Assembly (NCBI GenBank): GCA_964016885.1
Contig: OZ024751.1
Coordinates: 4,898,001-4,962,000 of the forward strand
DNA: 64,000 nt
Source of the DNA: Eledone cirrhosa
Taxonomy: Eukaryota
Reading direction: 5' to 3'
Shown here: piece by piece, positions 44,254 through 56,119 of the stretch
How positions within the stretch are numbered: position 1 is the first letter of the stretch
Layout: every line of letters starts with the position of its first letter
Position numbers and translations under genes: made by a program
The notes under the pieces: generated by a model
Databases searched by the model: none
Seen by the model: only the letters and a program-made list of their open reading frames with translations
Told to the model about the DNA's origin: nothing

Positions 44254-44615
44254 TGGGGATTGTTTTCTTTATTTTTGTGCCTCTCCTTTGTTCTGTCCTA
44301 CGCCATTTTGTTTCTGTGTGTGTGTGTTGTGTGCTCAGTCTGCGCATGCGCCACATCCGGGTGTCTGTGTGTGTTTATATTCGTTTATTTATTTGTTTAT
44401 TTACATGTTACCGGTTGGTTGTTTGTTCTATGTGCGTGTGTGTTTTCATTTTGTCCTTAATTGTAAGTTGTGATGTTGCTGTTCCACTCATATTTTCTAT
44501 TTAATTTTGGTTGTAATTCTTTTATGTTTATTGCCTCTGTGATTTGTCTAAACATTGCGTCTTTTCTGTGTGTAGATTCTGTTGTATGGACTGGGAATCG
44601 AACTCACAACCTCAT

Positions 44616-44855
44616 TGTTGTATGGACTGTTAAATTTCTATTCAATTTACACGTGCTCACACATTTGCATATGAATCACGTGACCTGGGCAGTCAGTCAG
44701 CGTTGGTATTAAAAACTCGGTCACAGACTGCTACTTACTTACTTTATGTTATTCTGCTACGGCGAGGAGCGGCGTTTTGGTTGTTTCGCAAATTACACAA
44801 ATTATTTGATATAACTCGTTGTGTTTTCTCTGCGAGTACCGAGAGGAATACAACA
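44616..44855 (+). mobile_element. 240-bp LTR of a Gypsy-like retrotransposon
   Basis: 8-bp inverted termini TGTTGTAT...ATACAACA, followed by a PBS-like TGGCGTCGACGA at 44864. Confidence 0.7.
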
Positions 44856-44863
44856 GAGTTTAT

Positions 44864-45071
44864 TGGCGTCGACGATAGGATTTACCTACATTGCCGATAG
44901 GATTTACCTACATTGCCGATAGGATTTACCTACATTGCCGGGAAATTGTTTATCATAAAAACATGGCGGAACAACAAACAGCGGAGCTAATAAAGTTGTT
45001 TAGAGAACAGATGGAACAAATGCAACAACAGGAGCAACAAATGCAACAACACAAGAAAGATATGGACACTC
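44864..45071 (+). mobile_element. PBS, leader with 22-bp x3 repeat, and start of a gag-like ORF (ATG 44963)
   Basis: GATAGGATTTACCTACATTGCC x3 (44874-44939). MAEQQTAELIKLFREQMEQMQQQEQQMQQHKKDMDTL is cut off by PLE sequence. Confidence 0.55.
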
Positions 45072-46410
45072 TGATACCATTAATAACAAAAAACAAATCC
45101 TCCATTCCCATTATGCCAAACCCATGACTTCCAAACATGTGATCCACCGAAACTCAGCTGTTTCGGACCATACCAAAATCAACATACTGATTGCGGATTT
45201 GGTACGGGTGATGAGAAACGTGTCCCGCATGTGCAACCCCGAAGAACTAGAGAGACACATACAACACTTCATCCACCGTATGCAGTTCTCTGGTTACAAT
45301 CAGAGAGATAAAATCAGAGTGTATAGAGGAGCCAGAACCAAATGGGAAAAATGGTAAATAATGACACAAATGGGACCTGCCCCTTGTATAGGAGCAAATT
45401 TTGGAATAGAATAGAAAGAACTAGGAATAAGGCTAATAGAATAAACTCATGGTATGATAGCAATAAATACCAGAGTGTAATGTTCATCGATACAACCCCT
45501 AGAGGTGAATTAGCTTACAGATTTAGAAGGGCCCTAGATAAACATAAACTCAATATTAAGATAGTAGAAAGACCAGGTACCTCCGTAAAAACACTTATTA
45601 GCAAGACATACCCTTTTCAAAGACCCCCTGTATAGATAAGAAATGTATAACCTGTAAAATAAGCCCCCATATTAACTGTAAAACTAGAAATGTAGTGTAT
45701 CGCATAAGATGTACTGAAGGAAAATGTAGAGACAAAAATATAGTGTACATAGGTGAGACAGCCCGTCGTCTAGGGGAACAGATAAATGAACACTGGCGAT
45801 ACCTTCAAGATAGTAAAGAATCATCTGTACTCTACCAACATGCTAAAATAGAACACAAAGGTAAATTAGAGAACATAGAAATAAAAATAGAATCTACACA
45901 CAGAAAAGACGCAATGTTTAGACAAATCACAGAGGCAATAAACATAAAAGAATTACAACCAAAATTAAATAGAAAATATGAGTGGACAGCAACATCACAA
46001 CTTACAATTAAGGACAAAATGAAAACACACACACACATATAACAAACAACCAACCGGTAACATGTAAATAAACAAATAAATAAACGAATATAAACACACA
46101 CAGACACCCGGATGTGGCGCATGCGCAGACTGAGCACACAACACACACACACAGAAACAAAATGGCGTAGGACAGAACAAAGGAGAGGCGCACAAACAAA
46201 GAAAAGAATCCCCAGTCACTGATGAGGTCACAGAATGTGTGACGAAAGAACTTTGACAATATATAAACAACTATCTGGTTGTGGAACCAACCAACCAACC
46301 AGAAATTTATAAATTCCTAAATTTATAAATTTATTATAATAAATTGAAGCGAAAGCAACTGGTGCGTGTGTTTCTTATTGGCAACATGACCCTCCCAAAG
46401 TATAACAATA
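45072..46410 (+). mobile_element. Inverted 3' part of PLE family D (thumb, GIY-YIG, pLTR)
   Basis: Reverse complement of about 40032-41365. ORFs 45124-45357, 45342-45635 and 45695-46042 match the 821-aa protein. Confidence 0.92.
46215..46257 (+). ncRNA. Minimal hammerhead with canonical CUGAUGA core
   Basis: GTCA-CTGATGA-GGTCACA GAATG TGTGAC-GAAA-GAAC-TT-TGAC. Confidence 0.8.
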
Positions 46411-46553
46411 TATATATGTATATATATGTATATATGTATATATATGTATATATATATGTATATATATGTATATACATGTATATATATGTATATATATGTA
46501 TATATATGTATATATATGTATATATATGTATATATGTATATATATGTATATAT

Positions 46554-47718
46554 TATGAAAATAAACCAAAGAAGCCTTCAATACATCAAAAGTCTTTGTT
46601 TGCCAACAATGTTTCGTCCTATTAAGGACTCATCAGGGCAATTAAAGCTATAAGAAGCACTATCAGCCAATACAAGCCAAAACCTCAAAAGAATATGGAG
46701 TGTATATACATTAAAGCATAGGAAAATTATCGGGTAAAAATTATCAAGTAAAAATTGCTAAGGGAGTGAATAACATTTTGAACCATATTACAAATATAGT
46801 CCAATGCAAAAACTAAAGCTAAACAAAGGTGGTGATATAGAGCGGGAATTATTGTACTATATATAATATAATATAATATAATATAATTGATAATAATAAT
46901 AATAATATTAAAAGGCCCAATATATATATATATATATATATACATATGGACACATATATACATATATATCAATACACATTTCCATCAATACAAGCACAAA
47001 TTAACCCTTATTAAGAGTTTAAATATAAATAAGAATAATAAGATAATAAGAATAAAAATATAATACGTATATTATTTACAGTATAAAATGAAGAATAAAT
47101 GATTAAAAGTAAACATATAATATATAATAAACTATATAATTATATAATAGATAATCTCCGGTTAATTTGCACAAACAATATAAATGTTACAATAACACTA
47201 TAATAAGAATATTATAATATAATGGCATATAACTTAACAAATCATATAGAGTTACAGACCGGGTGAGAAAAAATATTGTACAGAACTAAATTATGTTGGA
47301 AAAATTATGTTGGAAAAATATCAAAACCATTGCAAGAAAACAGATGGAGGTCACATTTCTCTACAATTGGTGTAAATAAATATTATCCAAACATTACAAA
47401 AATTATAAAAATATAAACATATTACAGAATTTACAAAATTTAACATAACATAATGGTACATTTAATAATCGGTAAATAATAAAGATCAGTAGTACGTTTA
47501 CAAAGAGTGGAATGATATAAAAATTTCAATATAAAATATTGAACATAGTATAATATACATAATTACGTGGACAGACATGTGTGAATGTATTGAAGGCTTC
47601 TTTGGTTTATTTTCATAAATCTTCGACTCTGTTTAATTACATTGAGCTATACCTTTACTGTCATTTCTATAATACGAAGAGGGTGTTTAACTCCAACACA
47701 CTCTAGTATTTTAATTCT
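46554..47718 (-). mobile_element. Non-coding AT-rich hammerhead element with a 32-bp inverted repeat
   Basis: TATGAAAATAAACCAAAGAAGCCTTCAATACA (46554) is inverted at 47586-47617. Flanked by TA tracts, no ORF. Confidence 0.6.
46600..46641 (-). ncRNA. Minimal hammerhead with perfectly paired stems I and II
   Basis: TTGCC-CTGATGA-GTCCT TAAT AGGAC-GAAA-CATTG-TT-GGCAA. Confidence 0.85.
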
Positions 47719-47938
47719 TATATGTATATATGTATATATATGTATATATGTATATATATGTGTATATATGTATATATATGTGTATATATGTATATATATG
47801 TGTATATATGTATATATATGTGTATATATGTATATATATGTGTATATATGTATATATATGTGTATATATGTATATATATGTATATATGTATATATATGTA
47901 TATATATATGTATATATATATATATGTATATATATATG

Positions 47939-47969
<31 letters not shown>

Positions 47970-48022
47970 GTATATATATATGTGTATATATATATGTATA
48001 TATATATATATGTATATATATG

Positions 48023-48053
<31 letters not shown>

Positions 48054-48074
48054 GTATATATATATGTGTATATA

Positions 48075-48116
<42 letters not shown>
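47719..48116. repeat. TA/TG satellite with a 20-bp periodic part
   Basis: (TGTATATATGTATATATATG)n at about 47750-47870. Confidence 0.9.
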
Positions 48117-48117
<1 letters not shown>

Positions 48118-48120
<3 letters not shown>

Positions 48121-48533
48121 AAAGAATAGAGGTGTAACACACGAGTTATGATATATTGGTAAAAAGAAAAGAAAATGCTGACAAATTGTTCCCAGTGAAA
48201 AATAGTTTAATTAGGAATAAGTAAAAATTAGTAATAGTATTGGTTAGTATTCAGTTTTGATTTTAAGTTTCACCGGTTGCGCATTTCTAATGCTTTTCAA
48301 AAATAATCTTGAGATAGAGCGCCCGTGATGTTTGCTCTAATCTGATTAGTTTTGGAAATTCTACCTGTTTTATGTAAAAAAAGTGGCTCCAGATGTATGA
48401 AAAAATTCTTGTCGTCAAAACAATTTTGATTGGTCGGTAGAGGTCATGTGAATGTTAAACATTGATTTTGCTCCAAATGTAGGTTTGTCTTGGCTGATTG
48501 AGAAATCACTGAAAAATAAGTCTTTCAAGACAA

Positions 48534-48591
<58 letters not shown>

Positions 48592-48681
48592 TAGTAGTTA
48601 AGAGGTTCGTTGTTGTGATAATGGTCAGCAGGGATGTGTGTGCGAACCGCAGCCTGCTGACAGTTCAAATGCCTATTAAGA

Positions 48682-48722
<41 letters not shown>

Positions 48723-48901
48723 CAGAGTAATTCGTGGTAGAGGGATCGGTCAGTAGGAATGTGTCTGTACGTGTGTGGGGGATATTTTAAGATGTTAAAA
48801 GATATTTTTCAGCTCTTGTATTATACGGAGAAGTGTGTGTGTGTGTGTATATGTCTCTTTGTATGTTAATGTACGCGTGTGTATATGTGTGTGTATATAT
48901 G

Positions 48902-48937
<36 letters not shown>

Positions 48938-49883
48938 AGAATGTGTGTGTGTGTGTGGGTGTACCAGTATTTTTGTGATACTGGTAAAAATGGTGTACAT
49001 TATTCGATATTTTCAGTAAAAACGATTCTCTCAATAGAACATCAAAAACCTTAATAATAAAAGGTGTGAAATGATATATAGTATTGGCATAAGACCAAGG
49101 TGTGTGAGTGTCCAGATTGTACGTACTGCAAGGGGAATCCATTAGGCCTTGCCGTATTGGAATTCTTGTGTACAAATATGTATGTGCCCATCAGTGTGCA
49201 ATGCATGTGTGCGTATATGTATGTGTGTGTGTCGGCACGTTTATATCTATAGACATCAAAAGGTATGCAAATTTGTGTATATTTGTGTTGCACCATAGAA
49301 CATGTGTGTTTACGTATGTCATTGTGTTTATATGTGGATAGAGATGTAAGTAGGATGTATGCTGATGTAGCTATGTATGTCGACGTGTGTATATTGTGAG
49401 TTCGTCTTAGGGAGAAGTGTTTAGACTGGGTCCGTATTTGTTAATAAAGTGAGATTCATTGCTGATGCGCTGGGTGTGCGTGGCATTATCTTTAAATTTG
49501 TAGAGGGGAAAGATTCTGAAGTTGGGATGATTTTGGGCGGCACAGGTATCAATGTGTTCACTCAGTGGTATTTTCCTGTATTCCCGTATTTTAATTTGGG
49601 ATCTATGGACAGTCATGCTTTGGCGGAGGCTGTTTTTCGTCTGGCCTATGTATTGTTCTCGACAACCTGAGCAAGTTAATACATATATTAGATTTTCTGA
49701 TGCGCATGTGAAATTGTGTTTTACTATAAAACGTTGTTCTTCTTTGAAATAGAATTCCGAACCCTCTATTAGGTTGATGCATATGCCACAGTTGGGTCTA
49801 TCGCATTTTTTTTACTGTGGGTTTCGTTGTTGTGGTTGGCAGTACTTTGGCATGTGTTAGGATGTTTTTCATTGACTTAGATT
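48118..49883 (-). mobile_element. 5'-truncated Neptune-like PLE: GIY-YIG end plus CA-rich 3' UTR
   Basis: 49407-49880 encodes LIYVLTCSGCREQYIGQT..MTVHRSQI..PLSEHIDTC, paralogous to 53811-54300. A degenerate hammerhead-like motif lies at about 48268-48305. Confidence 0.8.
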
Positions 49884-50110
49884 ATGTATATATATGTATA
49901 TATATATATATGTATATATATGCATATATATGTATATATATGTATATATGTATATATGTGTATATATGTATATATATGTGTATATATGTATATATATGTG
50001 TATATATGTATATATATGTATATATATCTATGTGTATATATGTATATATATATATGTATATATATGTATATATATATATGTATATATATGTATATATATA
50101 TATATGTATA

Positions 50111-50151
<41 letters not shown>

Positions 50152-50180
50152 GTATATATATATATGTATGTACATATATG

Positions 50181-50211
<31 letters not shown>

Positions 50212-50220
50212 GTATGTATA

Positions 50221-50283
<63 letters not shown>

Positions 50284-50346
50284 GTATATATATATATGTA
50301 TGTATATATATGTATATGTATATATATATATGTATGTATATATATG

Positions 50347-50388
<42 letters not shown>

Positions 50389-50438
50389 TGTATATATATA
50401 CGTATATATATATGTATATATATATATGTATATATATG

Positions 50439-50521
<83 letters not shown>

Positions 50522-50774
50522 GTATATATATATATATGTATATATATTTGTATATATATGTATATATGTATATATGTATATATATTTGTATATATATGTA
50601 TATATGTATATATATTTGTATATATATGTATATATATATGTATATATATATATATGTATATATATATGTATATATATGTATATATATATGTATATATATA
50701 TATATTTATATATATATATGTATATATATATATATGTATATATATATGTATATATATATATATGTATATATATG

Positions 50775-50805
<31 letters not shown>

Positions 50806-50858
50806 GTATATATATGTATATATATATGTATATATATATATGTATATATATATATATG

Positions 50859-50903
<45 letters not shown>

Positions 50904-50984
50904 GTATATATATATGTATATATATATATGTATGTATATATATATATATGTATATATATATATGTATGTATATATATATATATG

Positions 50985-51029
<45 letters not shown>

Positions 51030-51078
51030 GTATATATATGTATGTATATATATATATATGTATATATATATATGTATG

Positions 51079-51141
<63 letters not shown>

Positions 51142-51142
51142 G

Positions 51143-51189
<47 letters not shown>

Positions 51190-51268
51190 GTATATATATA
51201 TGTATATATATATGTATATATATATATGTATATATATATATGTATATATATATATGTATATATATACA
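49884..51268. repeat. (TA)n/TATG satellite
   Basis: Seen directly in the sequence. Confidence 0.97.
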
Positions 51269-51401
51269 TAGAATATTTACGTATCGAGAGAGAGAGAAAA
51301 GGAGGGATAGGTGATTCATGTAGTTATTTGCCAAATAGCGTATGTAGAGGGTGCTCAATACTAGTGCCGGCAGTGTTAAATATTACAAGTGTTAATATCT
51401 A

Positions 51402-52245
51402 GTGGGCAACTGCCGAGACAGAGGACGTAGCCCCCTTAGGGGAAACTGCTTGACTGATAGGGTTATATATAGGTGCACCGTAACTAGCCATAATACCGTT
51501 AAACATTATATCGGGTCTACCTCTGGCCAGTTCAAAATTAGATTTCGAACACATCTCCACTCTTTCGCAAATAAGAAATTAAGACACTCCACATCGCTCG
51601 CGAACTACATCACAGTATTAAAAGACTTAAACATCAGCTTCTCCACGCACTAGGAAATTGTCGGCAGGGCTCCACCGTACAACTTCAAGAGGAAGTGCGA
51701 GCTTTGACTCATGGAGCTCTACCACATCATAACAGCACCCCACGAGCTCATCAAAATATCCTACTTCAGATGGAATAAGAACGGGGAGTGAAACCGTAAA
51801 CCGGTCTCCCTACACCAAACCTTAACACCCCGGCGGGTAGGCGCTGCTAAAAACATCCGGATACTAACCATGCATCGCAGACCCAGCATGAATCGACCCA
51901 GGCGGGCAGGCGCAGAAAACGAACGTCTCGAAAAAAATGTTGCATACCTGACCCTGTGCGTATCGGCAATGGTAAGGTAGTAACCACATGCTTGTATCGG
52001 ATAAAAATTTGTCCGGGAAAGACTGCCCTAACACCGGCCATAGTTATCTCCCTTGACCTACTGCAAAATCAAAACATGTTTTTTTACGAAGAATGAACTC
52101 TGACGTGAACTCTAAAAACCCATTCCGGCTCATGTAAGGAACGCTTTTTAGTTATTATGCCCTTGAGAAGCCCATTCGGGCGAAACGTACGCAGGTGCTA
52201 AATAAACATGTTTTAACGGTCTGTTCTCCTGTATTTTACTTCACC
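51402..52245 (+). pseudogene. Degenerate PLE GIY-YIG remnant and 3' end
   Basis: NCR...PLRGNCL..VIYRCTV...YIGSTSGQFKIRFRTH..STSLANYI, then stops. Variant hammerhead TTGAGAA-GCCC ATTC GGGC-GAAA-CGTACG at about 52159-52197. Confidence 0.8.
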
Positions 52246-52250
52246 ACATA

Positions 52251-52291
<41 letters not shown>

Positions 52292-52339
52292 ATGTATGTA
52301 TGTATGTATGTATGTATGTATGTATGTATGTATGTATGT

Positions 52340-52530
52340 ATGTATGTATGTATGTATATTATTCAGAATAATAATAAATGAAGACATTCACATAATCAAA
52401 ATATATGTTTTATATATATTTCGAAGGTACTGTGCTGTTTTTTCAGTACGTCCTCGTCAGATAAAATACATGAATTGATGTATGACATACCTCAACTGTC
52501 TTGATAGTTCAATTCCAGTATTGACAGTCT
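52340..52530 (-). mobile_element. Short solo pLTR-like insert with a hammerhead motif (52404-52468)
   Basis: TATTTTAT-CTGACGA-GGACGTACTG..CAGTACCTTC-GAAA-TATATATA. Stem I is imperfect; same layout as families A and C. Confidence 0.6.
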
Positions 52531-52725
52531 ATATGTGTGTATATATATATATGTATATATATATGTATATATATATATATATATATATTAGAAAGTGAGG
52601 TTTTTTTTTACAAAATGAAAAATAACCGAGGTGTCCTACACGAGTGGAAGTATAAAGAAAAAGGGATGAAATCGAAAATGCAACTGAAGTCTTATTTTTT
52701 TAAAAATATATATATTTATTTGATT

Positions 52726-52763
52726 CCTTTACCGGTTTCGCAGTTTTTCTGCTTTTCAAAAGG
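52726..52763 (-). ncRNA. Variant hammerhead (UUGAAAA core); inverted copy at 57735-57772 (+)
   Basis: CCTT-TTGAAAA-GCAG AAAAA CTGC-GAAA-CCGG-TA-AAGG; all three stems pair. Confidence 0.65.
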
Positions 52764-53277
52764 TGAGTTGAGATGGAGGGTCTGTGGTTTTTCTCACATC
52801 TGGTTGGTCTCTAAATGTTACTTGTTTTATATGGAAAAACTGGCTCGAAAACCAAGTTTTTCGAGAAGTAATTTGATTGGTTTGTCAATAATTATAATAA
52901 ATTTCGCGCCAGTTCGCGTTACAATAGTTCTTCAAATAAGAGAGGGGGGGGGGGGGTTGTCACAGGTTGTTTTTTCATATATGAGTGTTTGAATTTCTTT
53001 TTACTTGAAAAAATGAGGCTCACGAAGGCTTTTTTTTGGTTGGTTATAAATGAAATTTGGCTGTCACGTGAACAAGTTTTCATTACATTTTTGCGCCCTT
53101 ATTTGGAAAACTATTCTGTAGTCTATAGTGAATGTTATGACGATGGAGAGATAGTGGTCAAGGGAAAAGGGATTGGGAGAAATGTTCTGGTTCAGTGAAT
53201 ATGGCCAGCTGTCAGAGTTCAGGTGTCAGAGTTCAGATTTTCTATTGAGACTGAAGATATGTGTTTATTTGTGTGCT

Positions 53278-53322
<45 letters not shown>

Positions 53323-53565
53323 TGGAAGATGATTCTATTAGTAGAGATGGGGGAGGGAGTTGTGTGTGTGTGTATATGGGTGTTATGTGTGTGTGTGCGA
53401 GTATGTTAGATAGAGAGAATATATATTTTTTGTGTGTGTGTATATATATATGTGTGTAGTGGTTCTATTAGTAGAAATGGGGAGGGTGTTGTAGGTGTGG
53501 GGGTTTTTATGTGTGTGTATGGGTGTTATGTGTGTGGGAGTATGGTTAGCATGTTAAGATGAAGA

Positions 53566-53606
<41 letters not shown>

Positions 53607-53810
53607 GTGTGTGTATGTGTGTGTGTAGGAAAATGATTCCTTTAGTAGGAATATTTTTGAATGAACATATTTTCCTGACTTTTTCGTGTTTGCTGTTGTA
53701 TTGCCAGTGCAAACGTATGTTTAAGGTTTATTTAGTTCGGGTTTTTATTTTCTAAAGTAGGTGTTATGTGTGTGTGTGTATGTCATATTGTGGTGTTGAC
53801 ATAATGTATA

Positions 53811-56119
53811 TTAAACCTTATTTAATGTTGGTCTATATTTTTGAATAAACATATTTTCCTTATTTATTCGCATTTGTTCTGTTGTATTGTTAGCGCAAAG
53901 GTAAAATGGGAAGACTTGGAATTTGGGTGTCTTATTACTTGCGCAAATGTCTAGATGTGCACTTAGTGGTATTTGTCTCGTGGTTGGATCTCGTAACTGT
54001 TGGCGATGAACTGTCATTCTGTTTCTGAGTGTGAGTTTAGTTTGTCCTATATAATCTTCATTGCATCCTTTACATTTAATGGCATAAATTAGATTTTTTG
54101 ATGAGCAAGTGAAGTGATTTTTTACAGTAAAATTTTGTCCTGATTTAAATGTATACGTGTTGCCTTCAATGAGGTGAGTGCAGGTTCCACAATTAGAGCG
54201 ACCACATTTTTTGATACTTGGTTGTGGGTTTGTGGTAGGTAATTTGGCATTGGTGAGTAATGTTTTCAGTGATTTTGGTTGTCTTTTGCTTTTAATTATT
54301 TTGTGTGTTTCAAGGGCTTTTTTCATTCTTGGGTTTTGTTTTAGTAGTGGGATGTTATTGTGAATAGTGTTGTAAGCTTCCGCATTTCTTGGGTTGTGTG
54401 TTGAGATATATGATAGAATATTGGACGTACCTTGAATTTGTTTCTGTTTCCGTAATTCATCAATGCCTATTGCTTTAGCCCTTTCTATTCCATTATTTAT
54501 TAGTAATAGTGGGTACTCTCTCTCAAGTAGAATTTCCTTTAATTCTTGAAGTCTTTTATTTCGCGTTTCATAATTGGAGACAATTGTGCAAATTCTTCTT
54601 GCTAGGTTAAAAGGAATGTTCGTCTTCGTGTGCTTTGGATGGTTGGAGGTGAATAGCAGATATTGTTTGGAATCTGTTGGTTTGTAGTGTATGTCAGTTT
54701 CGATATTTGTGTCTTTTTTTGTGATTAAGATGTCCAGAAATGGGAGTTGATCTTGGCTGTATTCCATTGTGAATTGGATGTGGTTATTGATGCCGTTTAT
54801 TAAGTTTTTGAAATCCTTCAGTTGGTCGAGTGTGTGGGACCAAAGAATGAGGCAATCATCCAAGTAGCGTTTCCAATTCTCTGATAAATATTTGTGGAAG
54901 TTCAATCCGTATTTTGATTTGGACTGTTCATATATCTGGACTTCTAAGTATGCCATGACTAAGTTGGCATAAGTTGGAGCGGCTTTTGTGCCCATCGCAG
55001 TCCCCGATATTTGCTTGTAAGTATTGCCATCGAAATCAAAAAAGTTGTTCTGTAGGATGAATTTTAATCCCTCGGTGATGAAGCTTTTTTCTATTCTGTC
55101 AGGTATCTCATTGGGATATTTCTCTAGCCAGAATCCTATTGCTTCTAGTCCGTATTGGTGTGGGATCGTTGTGTAGAGATTCACTACATCGAAAGATACA
55201 ATAATAGTGTCGTTGTTGACATGTTTGGGGAGGTGGTTTAAGAGGTCCAGATCGTCTCTTACAAGGCTTGGTATGTGTTTCAGTATTGGTTTCAGTAGTA
55301 TGTCTATAAAGTTGCTCAATCTGTGTGTTTCACATTGTGGGCCCGCTACAATTGGTCTTAATTTAAGGTCTGTGGGGTATTGTGTGTTCACGCAGGCTGA
55401 GGTGGATTGTTTACAGGCATCGTTGATTATTTTACATTTGTGGATCTTCGGAAGTCCGTAAAGGTTGCTGGTTTTGTATTCAAAATTTGTTAAATAATCG
55501 CGTTCCTTTTTAGTTAGGTCTTCCTGGTATCGATAAATCAGTGTGTTTAATTTGGTCATTATTTTTGATTGCTGGTAGTTTTTTACTCTTTCATAGTAAT
55601 TAGCATTTTGTAAGAGAGAGAGAGCATAGAATTTTTATATTTTTCAGCCTCCATAATGACAACAGTACTTCCCTTGTCCGCTTCCTTAATTATAATGTCC
55701 GGATTGTTTTTTAGTTCATGGATAATCTCCCATTCCCTTCGACTTGTGTTGGGTTTGGGTTTAGGTTGCGGTAGTTCATGGTATGGGAAGGTAGCTATGT
55801 GGTCACAAAATTTGTCCAGAACTCTGTTTCTACCTTTTGTTGGGTTGTAGCTGCTTTTATTCCGTACAATTGATTCGTCGTTATTCTCCTTGTCAAAGAA
55901 TTCCTCTGTGAGACGTAATTTTCTACAGAAGTGTGAGATATCGTCATTTATCTCGTTGGGGTTAGGATATTGTGGTGTTGGTGTGAATTTCAGACCTTTG
56001 GAGAGAATTTTTACTTGTTGGGCTGAGAGGTTTGTATTTGAAATGTTAATTATTTTCGGTTTTTCAAAATCGGTTTGTGCCACCGGGTGTCGTGAGTCCT
56101 GTAGCCTTGGTCTAAAAAA
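53811..56119 (-). pseudogene. PLE ORF2: RT + GIY-YIG, one 2-nt (CT)n slippage at about 55620
   Basis: IINISNTNLS..LSKGLKFTPT, KEADKG, YGLPKIHK, LRPIV, FDVVNLYT, QISGTAMG, RYLDD, CGRSNCGTC and LIYAIKC..YIGQT. Removing one CT joins 55583-56083 to 53811-55559. Confidence 0.92.

Larger units (their letters stand above)
40032..44579 (-). mobile_element. Near full-length PLE, family D, with two direct pseudo-LTRs of about 515 bp (40032-40548 and 44066-44579)
   Basis: Direct repeats flank an RT-GIY-YIG ORF. The ATG (MTLPKYNN) lies in the end of the pLTR at 44090. The N-terminal region 42931-44090 is low complexity and frameshifted. Confidence 0.9.

Noticed and set aside
44891-45127. Functional gag-PLE fusion protein
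   Set aside because: The PLE part is out of frame and terminates within about 17 codons.
39793-46553. Satellite synthesised telomerase-style by PLE RT
   Set aside because: Satellite G polarity is the same beside oppositely oriented family D ends, so it does not follow element orientation.
55583-55625. Third ORF in the Neptune-like PLE
   Set aside because: Explained by one extra CT in a (CT)n run.
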